A DNA stretch of 64,000 bases from Octopus vulgaris (GCA_951406725.2 OX597831.1:47802001-47866000); one strand, 5' to 3'. Counted from the first letter of the stretch, positions 36,949-51,152 are shown. Program-made: numbers and translations. Notes: generated by a model not told the origin, from the sequence alone.

Positions 36949-37348
36949 GTTGTTGCAAAATGGGCTGAATAAATACCGCAAGATATTTTTATGTGAAGCA
37001 TCACTTTATCAGTAGTTTTGCTATTGGTGTGTGTGTATTATTTGAATCAGATATATCTTCTGAAAGAGAAGCTCATTTCAAAAGAGCTACACCAAGAGAC
37101 TGTGTAACCTAAGCCACAAACACTCAAAACAATGTGAAGAGGATATGAAATCATATTTAATCATTAGCCTCTCTGAAATATTTTCATTATTTTGTCCTAA
37201 ATCTTCATTATTTTGTCCAAAATCTTCATACTTGTTTTCAAACGTTTTAGTTAGCCCTTGTTTCATACATTCTGAGTAATATAAAGCTTCCATTTCATAA
37301 ATCGCAAGTTACTCTGGTGGCTGAAGAAAAAATTGAAAATGGAATACT

Positions 37349-37561
37349 CTTTTACTTGTTTCACTCATTTGACTGTGGCCATGCTGAAGCACTGCCTTTA
37401 GTCGTGCAAATCGCCCCCAGGACTTATTCTTTGTAAGTCTAGTACTTATTCTATCGGTCTCTTTTGCAGAACTGCTAAGTTACAGGGACGTAAACACACC
37501 AGCATCAGTTATCAGGCAATGTTGGTGGGACAAACACAGTCACACAAACATATACACACAC

Positions 37562-37626
<65 letters not shown>

Positions 37627-38014
37627 TATATACGATGGGCTTATTTCAGTTTCCATCAACCAAATCCACTCACAAGGCTTTGGTCTGCCAAGGCTTTAGT
37701 CGGGACTTATTCTTTGTAAGCCTAGTATGTATTCTATTGGTCTCTTTTTCCAAACTGCTAAGTGATGGGAATATAAACACACCAGCATCGGTTGTCAAGC
37801 AATGCTAGGGGGACAAACACAGACACACAAACATATATATATATATATACATATATACAATGGGTTTCTTTCAGTTTCTGTCTACCAAATCAACTCACAA
37901 GGCTTTGGTCGCCCCGAGGCTATAGTAGAAGACACTTGCCCAAGGTGCCATGCAGTGAGACTGAACCCGGAACCATGTGGTTCATAAGCAAGCTACTTAC
38001 CACACAGCCACGCC
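37349..38014 (-). mobile_element. Two tandem family A SINEs (partial plus near full-length)
   Basis: ggacttattctt and the following body occur twice (near 37420 and 37703); junction at about 37690-37702. Confidence 0.88.
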
Positions 38015-40164
38015 TATGCCTATAATGTATATCATGAATAAATGATGCATGGATGCCCAGGAAATATGTCCTCTGTATCAAATGTAATACACAGGATTGG
38101 TAAAAGGTTAAACTAAGGAGTTGCATTGAAATCCATGCAACAGATTGAATTCCATTGACATTATTGAAGACCCAAGTTGTGGCATTTAACAAGGCACTGC
38201 TGTGTTAAGTCTATCATTACAGTTATGCCTTAATACAGTGACAGCAAGCATTTTTTTTTTTTTTGTCTAATGTGCTGAAAATTTTATTTCTTTGATAATT
38301 AAGTCATGTGCTTTATTGGGAAGTCACATATACCCACTCATTTTAGTTTTAGGTAGATAGTTATAGATATGTGTTTCGAAACATGGCATTGCCAGAGTCT
38401 TTTTTTTTTAAATTCCATCTTAAATCACCTGTAAAAAAAACTAGTGATGCGTCACTGCTGATATGCATGTAATAGACTTTCCATTACTGCTTTAGTATAT
38501 CACCATGTGTAGGTTATTGACAACATAGTGTAAAGGATAGTTAAATAGTAATATTCTGTTTTGTGTATATAGCATAGTGTTGTTGTTGTTAAGATACAAT
38601 CTATGAGCGACCTATAGATTCTTCTGATGATTGTATGATAACCTGCAGAATCTGTCAATAACAACTCTCTTTCTCCAACATTTTACTTTCTCACTCCTTC
38701 ATCTCTTTCTCCCCCTCTCTCTTCCTCTCATGTATATGGAAGTGTGTGTTTGGCCTATAATCTCATATGCACTATCTCAATAATCTGTGTTATGCAATAT
38801 ACGATGATGATAAAAGTTGTTTGTAACCATGGCAACATATGAAGTTTATCAAACAGCTAATGAAGACGATATTTTTTATTTTATTTTACATCATTTTATT
38901 ACAGAAATATCTGGAAATTATTCTTGATAAATACTTCAATAGCTACAAAATGATGTTTTACTACAAGTCATTTATGCTTATATTATTCATAGTTACCTTT
39001 TGATGGGATGCGTGACTGTATATTTTTACTTTTACTAGTTTCAGTCATGTGACTGTGACCATGCTGGAGCACCACCTTAGACTAATTTTTGGTGTTATTT
39101 ATTTCACAAATTTTTGGTATTATTCATTTACTGTTACATTCTGCTTACAGTCACACACTTCATGAAAAAAAAAAAGAAAAAAAAAGAGAGAGGAAGTGTG
39201 ATTATATCAAGACATTAATATATTTCTGATTTGAACCACCAAGGTTTCTGCACTGAAGGAGTCTAATTAAGAGCCATATATGAACATCAATGTACATTAC
39301 GTCTGCTCATTATGTTATACTGCCAACCAGCAAATTACAGTGAGTGTTTAAAATCTGAGTGATGTATAGGGCAGCCAGCTGTCTTATGAACTTGTACCTT
39401 ACTTTTCTACTTATTTTAAGTGTCAAGAAAGTTATAGGTAAACATAACAACTCTTGCAGGTTTCTCACTCTTGACCGAATGGAAAATCCTGGATGTGACA
39501 GCTAAAAAGAGGGTTGCACCAGTGATATTTCGTTGAGCCTATTAATCCATTCTATGCAAGGTTTGCTGTAAAAGTACACAAAATGTAAGCCTTACAATGA
39601 TGATTCTCAACAAAGATTTATATGGCATTTGTTGGTTCATAAGATTCTGTTCTTAACATTTATCTACAATAAGCTGATTTTATAAAACACAACATATTTT
39701 AATTTTTTAATCCAGTTCTTAAGAAAATTTAATTATAAAACAAGGTTGGATTTTTTTTTATATATATAGAATACCTATAAATCATTGCAACTGGGTGAAC
39801 TAGAGCATCTACCTGACCCTCTTATCAACATTCATTTGTACTATTCACTGTTATAAAACCCAATTAGTACCATTTACTGATGCAGACCTGGTACATTACA
39901 TCCTCCCTAGCACCTCTCTCCTCACTTGACCTCTCTGGCCCATCTTGAAACCTATGTTGAGGGATGCAACATCAAACATGTTTTGCCATGTACACTCTTT
40001 CTTCACTCTCCTCTCTTGTACTGCTGCTCTTACAGACAAACAAAAACATACACAAATAAACACACCTATACACAGACTCACATACAGGTGGACATACAGA
40101 CATGCTGATATACACATATGCTCATTTAGACATACACACACACACACACACACACATGCATGTG

Positions 40165-41084
40165 CGAGGTGGTATCAGAATGTTCCTGGACTAGTTCTGT
40201 AACATGCCAACAAATGGTGACACATGGTTGCATGCACCATGAGAACTAGCAGTGGCCTTCATGAGGCAGAGTGCTGAGTGACATCACTGTGTTTATTTCT
40301 CAAGTTGTGAAATTTGTGTTTTTGTGATCACACGTATGCTATAGTCTGCGATTTTGTAATGGAAAGGAACAAAGAACCAGCGTGAAATTTTGCATTAAAC
40401 TTAGGGAGTCTGCTACAGAGACATTGAGCATGCTTTGGCAAGTTTACAGCAACAAGGCAATGGGTTGTACACTATGCTTCAAGTGGCATGGGTGCTTCAA
40501 AAGTGGAAGAGCATCACTGAAAGATGATGAGCAATCTGGAAGACCTGCCATGAGCATCATCTCTGGAAATGTGGTATTGTACATTAAGAATTCATACCTC
40601 AGGACCTGACCATCAATTAGAGTTCTACTGTGACATTTTGAAGCATTTGAAGGAGGACATTTGGTGAAAGTGACCGGATTTGTGGAGCATGAGGAATTGT
40701 ATATTTCATGATGACAGTGTACCCTGTCAGCAAGTTGTCCTCGTTCATGAGTTTCTCACCAAAAACAACATGGTATCATTTTCACACCTGTCCATTACAC
40801 CAGATTTAGCACCTGCAGATTTTCATCTTCTCTCCAAAATGAAAATGTAGCTCAAAGGTCCCCCATTTTAACACCATTGTCGGAATACAGAGTGAATCGC
40901 AAATGGTTCTCAACTCACATATAGAAAATGATTTCCAGGCCAGATTCCAAAAGTGGCAGGATTGCTGAGACCGGCGTATTACTGTGCAAGGTGACTATTT
41001 TGAAGGAGATGATGCTAAAATTTAGGTAAATAAGTTGTTTGTTATTAAACATATCTAGTTTGGGAACATTTTGATACCACCTTG
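40165..41084 (+). mobile_element. Mariner element with both TIRs, internally deleted and decayed transposase
   Basis: CGAGGTGGTATCAGAATGTTCCTGGACTAG / CTAGTTTGGGAACATTTTGATACCACCTTG; KFCIKL..DDEQSGRP, FHDD, TPDLAPADFHL. Confidence 0.9.
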
Positions 41085-42199
41085 CCTTAAGATACACTCA
41101 TAGATACATGAACACGTGTATATACATATGTGATATATGCACTCTTATATATACACACATGCACATATGCATGTACACACTCATGTGTACACTCACACAA
41201 ATACTTGCATACACATTCTTTCTGTCTCTTATGCACATACACAGAAACTAATTAACATATGCACATTCACACATTTACAGACACACACATGCAAACATGT
41301 ATTTACATTCACTCAGGCATACACATCCTTATATTCACACAAACTCAAGTTCGCGTTCATATACATACACTCATACTGAGATTCATACATATGCACAGAA
41401 AACACATGTTCACACACACTTGTATACTCTCTAAAACACATATTCAATCACAAACACACACCTGCACATAGATTCTCAAATTTACATACATTCACTCATA
41501 CACAGACATACAAATACACACACATACATGCCGACATATACACTCATGCACACACACTAACATACTCTTGGAAAAATACATATTCAATCATGAACATGCA
41601 TAGATTCTAGCATTCACATGCATACACATATATACAGATTTACATACTCAAAGACACACGCACAAACACATACCAAACATATACACTCACAAAAAAACAC
41701 ATATTCCGTCATAGATACACATAGATTCTTACATCCACATACACACATTTTGAACTTAGTAACTTCTTCCAGGTGAATAAATTTGCAAGAACAAGTGAGG
41801 TGAGTGACAAGGTGGTTAGCCAAAAAGACTTTTATTTTTCTATCCTCTTCTAACTATTGGAATCAGAAATATTGGCCCAAAGAATCCTAAAGTTGAAGAA
41901 TGTAAATCTTGTCAAAACTTTGATCATTGAATTTGAAATTAGGGGAACTGAATCTTGGCATAATACCAAATTTTTAGAAGCTTCTTCCAAACTTTGCCGA
42001 TGTACAGAGAAATAGATACAGAAAATCAATTTAAATGTATTTTAAGATTTGCATATTTTCTGAGAGAAAATGGAAATAAGAAAAGGTTAAAATTAGAAAA
42101 ATCAGTACAATGCAGATAATCTCAACATTGTGTGCTTGTTCTATATGGTTCATTTCGTAGTTCATTTATTTTCATTAATAAGGTAATTGCAGGTATGGG

Positions 42200-42363
42200 T
42201 ATGGGTGTGTGGTTAAGAAGCTTGCTTTGCAACCATGTGAGTTTGGATTCTGTCCCACTGAGCAGCACCTTGGGCAAGTGCCTTCTGCTATAGTTGCCAT
42301 GTGAGAGAATTTGGTAGACAGAAATTGTGTGGAAGCTCATTGTGTGGAAGCTCATTGTGTGTC

Positions 42364-42365
<2 letters not shown>
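42200..42365 (+). mobile_element. Family A SINE fragment
   Basis: gtgtggttaagaagcttgc...caccttgggcaagtg. Confidence 0.75.
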
Positions 42366-42395
<30 letters not shown>

Positions 42396-42397
42396 GG

Positions 42398-42618
42398 TAA
42401 AAGCAGCAGAAAATTCAACAAAACTTGTTACTCTGAGTTTCACGTTCCCGTTCGTCGGACAGTTTTTGCAAAAACTGTCCGACGAACGGGAACGTGAAAC
42501 TCAGAGTAACAGGCTTTGTTGAATTTTCTGCTACTTTTAAATAAAGCATATTACTCTACCACTGCTATTTGAGTACTCTTTTTTCCACCTTGTTTCACAT
42601 TTATGTGTTTACTCCGGT
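42398..42618 (+). mobile_element. Well-preserved palindromic hammerhead element in (TA)n
   Basis: 142-bp spacerless palindrome 42398-42539 (centre TTTTTGCAAAAA, about 3 mismatches) plus an unpaired tail. Confidence 0.85.
42475..42512 (+). ncRNA. Minimal type I hammerhead ribozyme motif (CCGACGA core), mirror copy on - strand at 42425-42462
   Basis: CTGT CCGACGA ACG-GGAA-CGT GAAA CTCAGA GTA ACAG; stem II capped by a GNRA loop. Confidence 0.8.
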
Positions 42619-42758
42619 ATATATATAGGTAGATAGATATAGATATAGATAGATAGAAAGATAGATAAAACTTACTTGGAAGTGGATGCAGAGCGTTTGA
42701 TCATATAATAATATAAATAATATATATATATGCATACATATATATACATACTTACATC

Positions 42759-42800
<42 letters not shown>

Positions 42801-43638
42801 TATGTCGGCACAGGACGTCACGAAAAGTGTACAACAAAAAATATGAAGCATGTATACATGGAGCATGAACTATTCTTTCGAACAATGAAAGACACAAATA
42901 GAAAACAAAACAAATAACGTAAAGAACGACCCTTCATCAGTTGTTGGCTGTTTTTCTAGTCCCCTTTTTTCGAGCATTTAACAACAATGTACGCTTTTGA
43001 TAAAGCAGTTGTTTCCACAAAGCAAATTAAATAAAATTTGGGATTTTGCAGAGGGTCAAAATTAGTAACACAAACAGGACAGTGGAAACAAAGAGGAAGG
43101 GCTGCTAAGCCTAAATGAGGTTGTGGTAGCAAATGCGTAAATCAAGCTAGGACAGGAGACAAACAAGAACATGTCTTCCTTGTTCGAGCTACAATGAAGA
43201 GAAAGAAAGAAAGATGGCCAATGGTCATGTGGGAACCACGTGAGCAAGGGAGGCGGAGTGAGGGAGAGAGAGTTACAGAGTAATAGGATAGAATAGTGGG
43301 AGAAGAGGGGGTAAAAGAATAAGAGAGAGAAGAAGAGAGAAAAACAAAAGAGTAAAACGATCATATAGAGTGAACTTCAGAATTATTAAGATAAAATACG
43401 TATTTGTATGTGCGTGTGTGTGTGTAGTTCAAATTTACAGAAAACATAAGATGTAGACAGCTGTAGGAACAACAAGCAAGTGTATTAGTTTAATGCTTGG
43501 GAAGAATAGAAAAGCCTTTTATATTTCCAGCCTATGCTCTTTGACATAAAGGATTAAGAAGAAAAAAAGAAGAGAGAAAAAAATGTGTAAGGATGTGTGA
43601 GTATTTATGTGTGTGTCTGTGTATATATGTGTACATGT

Positions 43639-44000
43639 AGGAACAAGCACGGCAGTGTGGTAAGAAGCTTGCTTCTCAACTACATGGTTCCGGCTTCAGT
43701 CCCACTGCATGGCAACTTGGGAAAGTGTCTTCTACTATATCCTCGAGATGACCAAATCCTTGTGTGTGGATTTGGTAGATGGAAACTGAAAGAAGCCAGT
43801 CGTGTGTGTGTATGTGTGTGTGTGTGTGTGGATCTGTGTTTTTTCACCATCCATCAATTGACAACTGATGTTGGGGTGATTACATACCCATAACTTAGCA
43901 GTTCAGCAAAAGACACTGATAGAATAAGTTTGTTCGACTAAAGCTGGTGCTCCAGCCTGGCCACAGTCAAATGACTGAAACAAATAAAAGAATAAAAGAA
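43639..44000 (+). mobile_element. tRNA-derived SINE, family A
   Basis: Matches 8779-9193. Confidence 0.88.
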
Positions 44001-45284
44001 TATATATATATATGTGTGGGTGGGTGTGTGTATGTATGTATATATACACACACCCACCTATATTGTATATATGTCTGGACCCCGCTATACTTCTTCACCA
44101 CGACTTTCTCTCACTCTTTCTTCCTACTTCTGCCACAAAGCAGAGGAACCAGAGTGTAATCCACTATGGTGTGGTAAAACTTTCAGACCCTAGTCTAGTT
44201 TGCGAATCCTCTGTACCCCAGGATGATTCAGCTCTCCACCCATTAAAAGGCCACCGTTTGCGGAATGAGGATAACAATGTAGCTTTCACGCCTGTGCAAC
44301 TGCCAGTCTATTGCATGCCGTGGGTGGATCTTCAAGTTGCCACACACATTCTTAGTAGCTTAGAGTAGGCTCGAATTAGAGATTATTCTTTGTAGTTAAT
44401 GGCGTGAGTCCTGATTGGAAGAAGAAGAAAGAAGACACCAGCTGTTATGCAGTGGTTGAGGACTAACAAAAAGACTCACACACACATACACACACATACA
44501 CACACATACACACACACAAACACACACACATATGATGGGCTTATTTCAGTTTCCATCTACCAAATTCATTCATAAGGCATTGGTCATTTGGGGCTATATT
44601 ATAAGATATTTTTGCTGCACTGTGGAACAAAACCCAAAACCCTTTAATTGCAAAAGAAGCTTCTTAACCACCCAACCATACTTGCACTTATTCTTATTCT
44701 TCTTTTTACCATTAATTATGTTGGCTTTTTTTTTTCTCAAATTTTGATGAGACTGTAGATTATATTTTCTGTTTCATAAAATTTGTTGTCAAAAAAAAAA
44801 ACATGGTAATGAATTAGAAGAATAATTAGTGCATCACACAAAATGCTTTGAAATAAATAACTAAGGCTTTTAATGTTTCCAGTTCAAATACCACCAAAGT
44901 CAGCTTTATTTTTCATTCTCCTGGGTTTGATAAAATTAAATACCAGTTAATTACTAAACTGGTGTTAACGACAATAAACCTTGAAACATGCAGCCTTGTG
45001 CCAATATTATTAATATTTGATGATGGCATAAATATTTTTGTTGTTTAAATTATTAATTTTATTTTGTTTTATTTTGTGTTTATTGTTTCCTTATATTTAT
45101 TTTACTATATTTTGTTCCTTTGTTGTCTGCATGTGTTTATTTTTATCATAGTTACCATAACCAATTCTATGTTTATCTGAACTTGGTAACAGTTGAGGTT
45201 CCACCATTTTCATTATTAATAACGCAAAAATATCTATAAAACAGAACAAAACAAAAAGACAACAAACACCTCTTCCTCTGTTTA

Positions 45285-45668
45285 TGTATGTATTTTTGTG
45301 TGTTTGTGTGTAGTGTCTTTGTGTAGACTTTGTATATGTATATTTATGTGCAGAGTGTGTATGTGTGTATGCTTGTACACAGAGTTTGACCGTCTGTCTA
45401 TGCTTGTATGTAAGGTTTGTGTCTGTGTAGAATTTGTATGTCTGTGCATGGTTCTGTGTATAGTTTGTCTGTTTGTATGTATTTTTGTGTGTTTGTGTGT
45501 AGTGTCTTTGTGTAGACTTTGTATATGTATATTTATGTGCAAAGTGTGTATGTATGTGTGTGTGCTTGTACACAGAGTTTGACCGTCTGTCTATGCTTGT
45601 ATGTAAGGTTTGTGTCAGTGTAGAATTTGTATGTCTGTGCATGGTTCTGTGTATAGTTTGTCTGTTTG
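45285..45668. repeat. Tandem duplication of an about 190-bp TG-rich unit
   Basis: 45285-45473 is nearly identical to 45474-45668. Confidence 0.9.
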
Positions 45669-45829
45669 TGTGTATGTTTGCGTGTTTGTGTGTCTGTGAT
45701 ACTTTGTGAATATTTCACTGTCAGTCTTCCGTTTCTAGTCTGGCTTGAGTTTTTTTCTTTCATCATTTTCATATCTAAATATTTGTCTAGGCTAGTTCAT
45801 TCTTATTTCCTCCCCTTTCTTACTGTGAG

Positions 45830-46240
45830 TTCATCTATAAATGAACTCACAGTACTGGGCAATAACAACAACAACAACAACAACAACAACAAACAACAAC
45901 TACTACTACTGCTACTACTACAACATCCTTTACATCTATTTACAGATGACCTCACAACACTGCGTACAACAACCACTTTACATCTAACTATAGATGACAT
46001 TGCTGTACTGTGTAACAACAACAACAACAACAACAACATTCTTGTATCTATTTATAGAAGACCTCACTGTTTTAAACAATAGTGACAACATCATTACACC
46101 TATATATAGATGACCACACTGTGCTGGACGGCAACAACAACTGTCATGCACCTCTCAATAGACGACATCACTGTACTGGTCAAAATGAATAACAATAATA
46201 ACACCTAACTATCGATGACCTCACACTGCTGTGCTACCAA
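45830..46240. repeat. Degenerate minisatellite with (CAA)n spacers
   Basis: atct...tagatgacctcaca..ctg motif recurs about 7 times. Confidence 0.75.
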
Positions 46241-46559
46241 TAAATAGAAACAACTATATACTCATATATTGCAGTATTTTCTATTTCATAATAGCAAACT
46301 GAATATTGTTTAACAAGTCTTTGGTCAAACAAAATTTTATCAGCTTTCATTCCTGTACAGTAACTTTAAACAAATGTCCATACCAGTACAAATACAAACA
46401 AATTAAAAGAGAAGCAAAACCCAAATGGTTTAAAGAATAACAAGAATAAGTGATAGTGCTAACATGCTGTCAAGCAACCTATGAGAATTTCTAACAAACT
46501 CTCTCTCAGTTCACACCCTTTTGTTTTAATTTAAAAATATAATAACATAGGTAAAGTTC

Positions 46560-47118
46560 ATTAACCGATATCCACATAAAAAGCACTGTCCAAGCGTTGG
46601 GCCTCATGGAGGCAGTAACATCAAACCAAGTGAAATTGTAGTTTTAGATGATGCCAGTGTTGTGTAACTGGCCTGTTGAAAGCACCCTTCAGTCGTTGGG
46701 CAATATGATGTGCTTGTGAAGACCTGTAGAACCGAGTGAAATTACAGTTGTGGCTGATGTCAGTACTGTCTGACTGGCACTTGTGCTGGTGGCGCGTAAA
46801 AGGCACCGTTTAGGCATTGAGCCTCATGGTGGCAGTGACAGGTGATCAAGACCTTTGACGATATGCCATGCTAGAGTAGACCTGTCAAACGAAGTGAGAC
46901 CGTACTTATGACCACCACTAGTGTCAGGTCATTGGCACCCATGCCAATGGCACATAAAAAACACCCACTACAGAGTGGTTGGCATTAGGAAGGGCATCCA
47001 GCCATAGAAACCTTGCTAAATTCAGATTGGAACCTGGTGCAGCCCATAGGCTTACCAGTTTTCAGTCAAACTATCCAACTCATGCCAGCATGGAAAGCGG
47101 ATGTTAAATGATGATGAT
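46560..47118 (+). mobile_element. RTE-related SINE with long 5' tandem units
   Basis: ggcattaggaagggcatccagccatagaaacc...gcatggaaagcggatgttaaatgatgatg. Confidence 0.8.
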
Positions 47119-48207
47119 ATCAATTTCTCTTCTCTCAATCTCTTCTCTTCTTTATTCCCTTCTCCTCCTCTTTTCCCAATACCTCAAGTTCTTTGCTCTC
47201 TCTCTCTCTCTATCTCTCCTCCCTCTGTCTACATTAGTTTATTTTTCCATCCACCTTTCCCTCCCTCTCTTCCTCTCTACATCAATCTGGTTTTCTTTTC
47301 CCTCTCCCTCTCTGTATACACCAGTCTATCTATCCTAGCTTTCCTCTCTCTCTCATCACATATCTCTCTCTCACCAAATCTCTATCTGTCATTCTTTCTC
47401 CCTTCATGTTTCTCAATATCCCAGTCTCACCTCTGTTTCTCTTTCTTAATACATCCCTCTGTCTTTCCTTCCAGCTTTCCTACCTCTTTGTCCTTTTTTA
47501 AATACATCACTATCTATTTCTCCCCTTCTCTCTTACTACTTCAAGCATACACACATAAGCACACTCACAAAAGAACAACTTAAGGGACACACTGCACTTT
47601 ATATGGAGAAAAAAATCTACCTTTAACTAAACAACTGCTTATAATTATTATCATTATTTTTTTTTTTTTGTGTGTGTGTATTTTAGGTTTTATCCCGGAC
47701 AAAATAGGTTTCAGAAATTGCTTACTGCAAAGATAATCCCTAGAGAGCTTTCATAATCTGAATAAAGAAACTTTTTCAATAGTTAATACCCTATTATCAT
47801 TGCTATCAAATTCCTGCAAATTTTTTATTTGACAATGTATTATGGTGCTCTAGCAAAATAAAACCCATTTGTAAGAAAGTGGGGAAAAACCCTAAATCAA
47901 CAAAATCAGTGATCAACAAATTATATGAACAACGTTGATCATATAATGCTTTTAATAAATGAACATGTTGATGTTCAGTGAAGCAGATTTTTTATGGCTG
48001 GATGCCTTTCCTGCCACCAACCCTTACTTGATTCCAGGTAAGGTAAATAGTTTCCCTTAGTCAGGACATATTTTTAGGGAAGATTGTAAATCGTACAACA
48101 TTACTTCAATGATGGAAAAATATGGTTTGCAATTGGTTTGTGATATTGAGACAAGGTGACTGAAACTCACACACACATACACACATATCCACATACAGAC
48201 ATGCATA

Positions 48208-48246
<39 letters not shown>

Positions 48247-48298
48247 CCTTTAAATTTCCTTGTATGATGATCTGGTACTTTAGACTCTTATTTATCCA

Positions 48299-48424
48299 CC
48301 CTGATGATGCAGGCTCAGGATTTTACCAATGTTTGCTTGTTTCCATTGCTGGCTGCAAATTTTTGATGAGCTACATCTATCAACATTATGTAATGAGTCT
48401 GAGCCCTCAGAAACAGCTGTCGGA
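48299..48424 (+). ncRNA. Type I hammerhead motif with canonical core and long stem II insert
   Basis: CC CTGATGA tg..ggctcag...ctgagcc..ca GAAA CAGCT GTC GG; inside a (TA)n-flanked element at about 48242-48482. Confidence 0.7.
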
Positions 48425-49826
48425 CTTGCAACACTTTGTCCCCTCTATCTTTGAGTATTCTGAGTAAATTTGCTCTTTTAAAATATATATATATATATGA
48501 CAGCTGAAAATTTTAAGTCTGAATTCTCTTTTTACATGTATACATGTATATATATTTTGTATATTTTAACCCAGGTTTATTTGAATTATTGTCTCTGTCT
48601 GTCTGCCTCTCTGTACACACACATTTATTTACACATACATGATGCTTGTCAATTCATTAATTGAGTACTTTGTCATCACTGACAAAGTACATGCTCATAG
48701 GCACCAAATCAGTTAAAGACTAACAAGACTTCAAATTTGTAAGTAATATGGAGTTGATAAAATTCTTGTTTAAAATTGCAAGAAGATGGTTAGAGATAGT
48801 CTAAATGCTATGTGACTGGAAATGACATGTTTGTCCAGCAAAAGATTTTCACAAATTTTTTCCACACAGATGACTTTAGACATTTGATTTAACTGTGAAG
48901 ATTGCTGGAAGTAGTTATTGTTTTTATACACACACACACACACACACACACATACACAAATATGTATATACATGCACACGCCCATGAACAAACACATACA
49001 TGATGGGCTGCCATCTTTTCCGTTTCCATCTGTGAAATGCCCTCACAAGGCTTTGGTTAACTCTTCTATATCCCAAAATCCTCATCATCCCCGTCGTCGT
49101 CATCATCATCATCATCACCATCGTAACCATCAGCACTGTCTTCGTGATTGTTTTTACATTCGTTTCCCATGCTGGCATGGGTTAGACAGGTCATCAAAAT
49201 CTTAGTCCTATTATTTGGCTGTCCACTGATGTGCCGCACAGGTCTGTGTGACCTAGTGATTAGCATTTTATATTGCTCCAGTCTACATAGCTGAAAATGT
49301 GTACCAGCTTAGTGCTGTTACAGCCATATCTCTCTCCAGCTTCTCTGTTCTGTAACATCTTCCCTGTTCTGCTTGGTCAAAGGTGGAAGAATAAAGAGTA
49401 TGCCTAGGTGTGCTTGCAAATACATAGGTACCTAAAACGATTACCAAGCTACACACACGAGTGATGACTATAGCTTCTTTATTTCTTTCCTGTATGCACC
49501 ATAGATAGATCTACTTGATCAGTGTTCACCTGCAATTAAACAACAGTAGTCATAGCAACAATGCTATCAACCCAATAAAGGTTGAAGTCTCTTAACCTGC
49601 TATAAACTGCTCTAAACACCCTCGTATCACATCCTACTGTCTTAAAAAGAAAGGATATACTGAATGATGTAATTATATATATATATATATATATATATAC
49701 TATTTTTACTTTTTCATTTTCTGCTTTCCGTTTTTTGAACCTTCTAGATTTTCTTTATGCTTTCTTCTCAACTTTTCGCATATCTTCTCTCATTCAGTTT
49801 TTAGTTCGTTATGATATGTGGTTTGT

Positions 49827-49878
49827 ACCTGATGAATGTGTTCAAGCTATTTCTCAACATAAGAAACTATTAGTAGCT
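49827..49878 (+). ncRNA. Degenerate type I hammerhead motif
   Basis: CTGATGA atgt..aacat aa GAAA CTATTA GTA; helix III ACTA-T-TAGT; element lies between (TA)n and (GT)n(TA)n tracts. Confidence 0.5.
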
Positions 49879-49975
49879 AATAAAAAAACATGTATTGTGT
49901 CTATTAAATAATATTTATCTCCCACCAGATGGAGTACTTTTTTTGTTGATCTTACCATCATGGAACAGTACATTA

Positions 49976-50020
<45 letters not shown>

Positions 50021-50208
50021 TTCATACGATATAGTGTATATTTATACACATAAGGAATCCACCACTTAACATGAATTCAACACATTAGAAAGAACAGCTA
50101 GGTTCTGTAAACCACAAAAATAACGGATAAAATTCGACAGGAATAAATTTGAAAATGAAAAACATTTACCATCTAGTACCCTGGTATATATATATAATAT
50201 TTATATAT

Positions 50209-50398
50209 ATATCGAAAAAAGAGGAGGTCACTAGAATTTTGGAAAAAGAATTACTTTATCTAGTCATTATTATTATAGCACTTTCATTTCTTTTCTGAAC
50301 ATGTCAAGTTTGAAAAACAAATGCAAGCATTAATAATAATGACTAAATAAAAAAAATTCTTTTCCCATAATTCTGGCGACCTCCTCTTTTCTCAATAT
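50209..50398. repeat. About 190-bp imperfect palindrome next to (TA)n
   Basis: aaaagaggaggtcactagaatt pairs with aattctggcgacctcctctttt. Confidence 0.8.
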
Positions 50399-50572
50399 TC
50401 AATATCTGTAGACCACTTCTAACACTCTTATACATGCATACATACATACATACATACATACATACATGCACATACATACATACATACACACATGCATGCA
50501 TGCACACACACATACATGCACACACACATACATTCATACATACATACATACATACATACATACATACATACA

Positions 50573-50606
<34 letters not shown>

Positions 50607-51149
50607 CATACATACACACTCACATACATTTATGTATAAAGTATATTCAGGTTAAGGTTCTTCTATATAAACCAATGAAATCTGTCACATTTGCAGTATG
50701 GCTAAAGATTAAACTGGTTCTCTCCAGCTAGTTTACTGGGTAAGAAGTGGGAGGAGAGAATCAAGGGGTGGCCAAACTTCTTACAGACAAGTCAAGAGAC
50801 ACCTGTAATTAGGGAGGATACTGGTGCCAACAGGTTAACTGTATATTGAAAGATAATATGATAATGTAACTGGATTCAAATATCCTACAGGTTTGCTTGA
50901 TATCTTGAGGTTTGGCAAAAAATAGAGATAAAGCAAGCAGGTTGTGTCACCTGTTGAGTATCTGAGATCTCTTTAAGCCATGGATTCAGTATTGATAGGA
51001 AGAACCATAGCTGAAGCCTCAGTGGTTGTAGCCTTAATTCATTATCTTAATCCATTATAATCCATTATCTGATTTAATTCCATCTTGTGACCTTTCTCTG
51101 CTCTTAACGGAATTCATTCTGTAACCAGCATTTGAAGAAATAGTCTTTG

Positions 51150-51152
<3 letters not shown>

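Noticed and set aside
39460-39560. Possible exon bounded by ttgcag and aag|gt
   Set aside because: All three frames contain stops and there is no recognisable homology; a non-coding exon cannot be excluded.
42925-42945. CTGATGA on the minus strand (similar isolated cores near 7752, 7957 and 61812)
   Set aside because: I could not find a correctly placed GAAA, helix III and stem I, so these are not called as ribozymes.
45830-46240. Repeat-spacer pattern resembling a CRISPR array
   Set aside because: The repeats are degenerate, the spacers are (CAA)n-derived, the context is eukaryotic and there are no cas genes.
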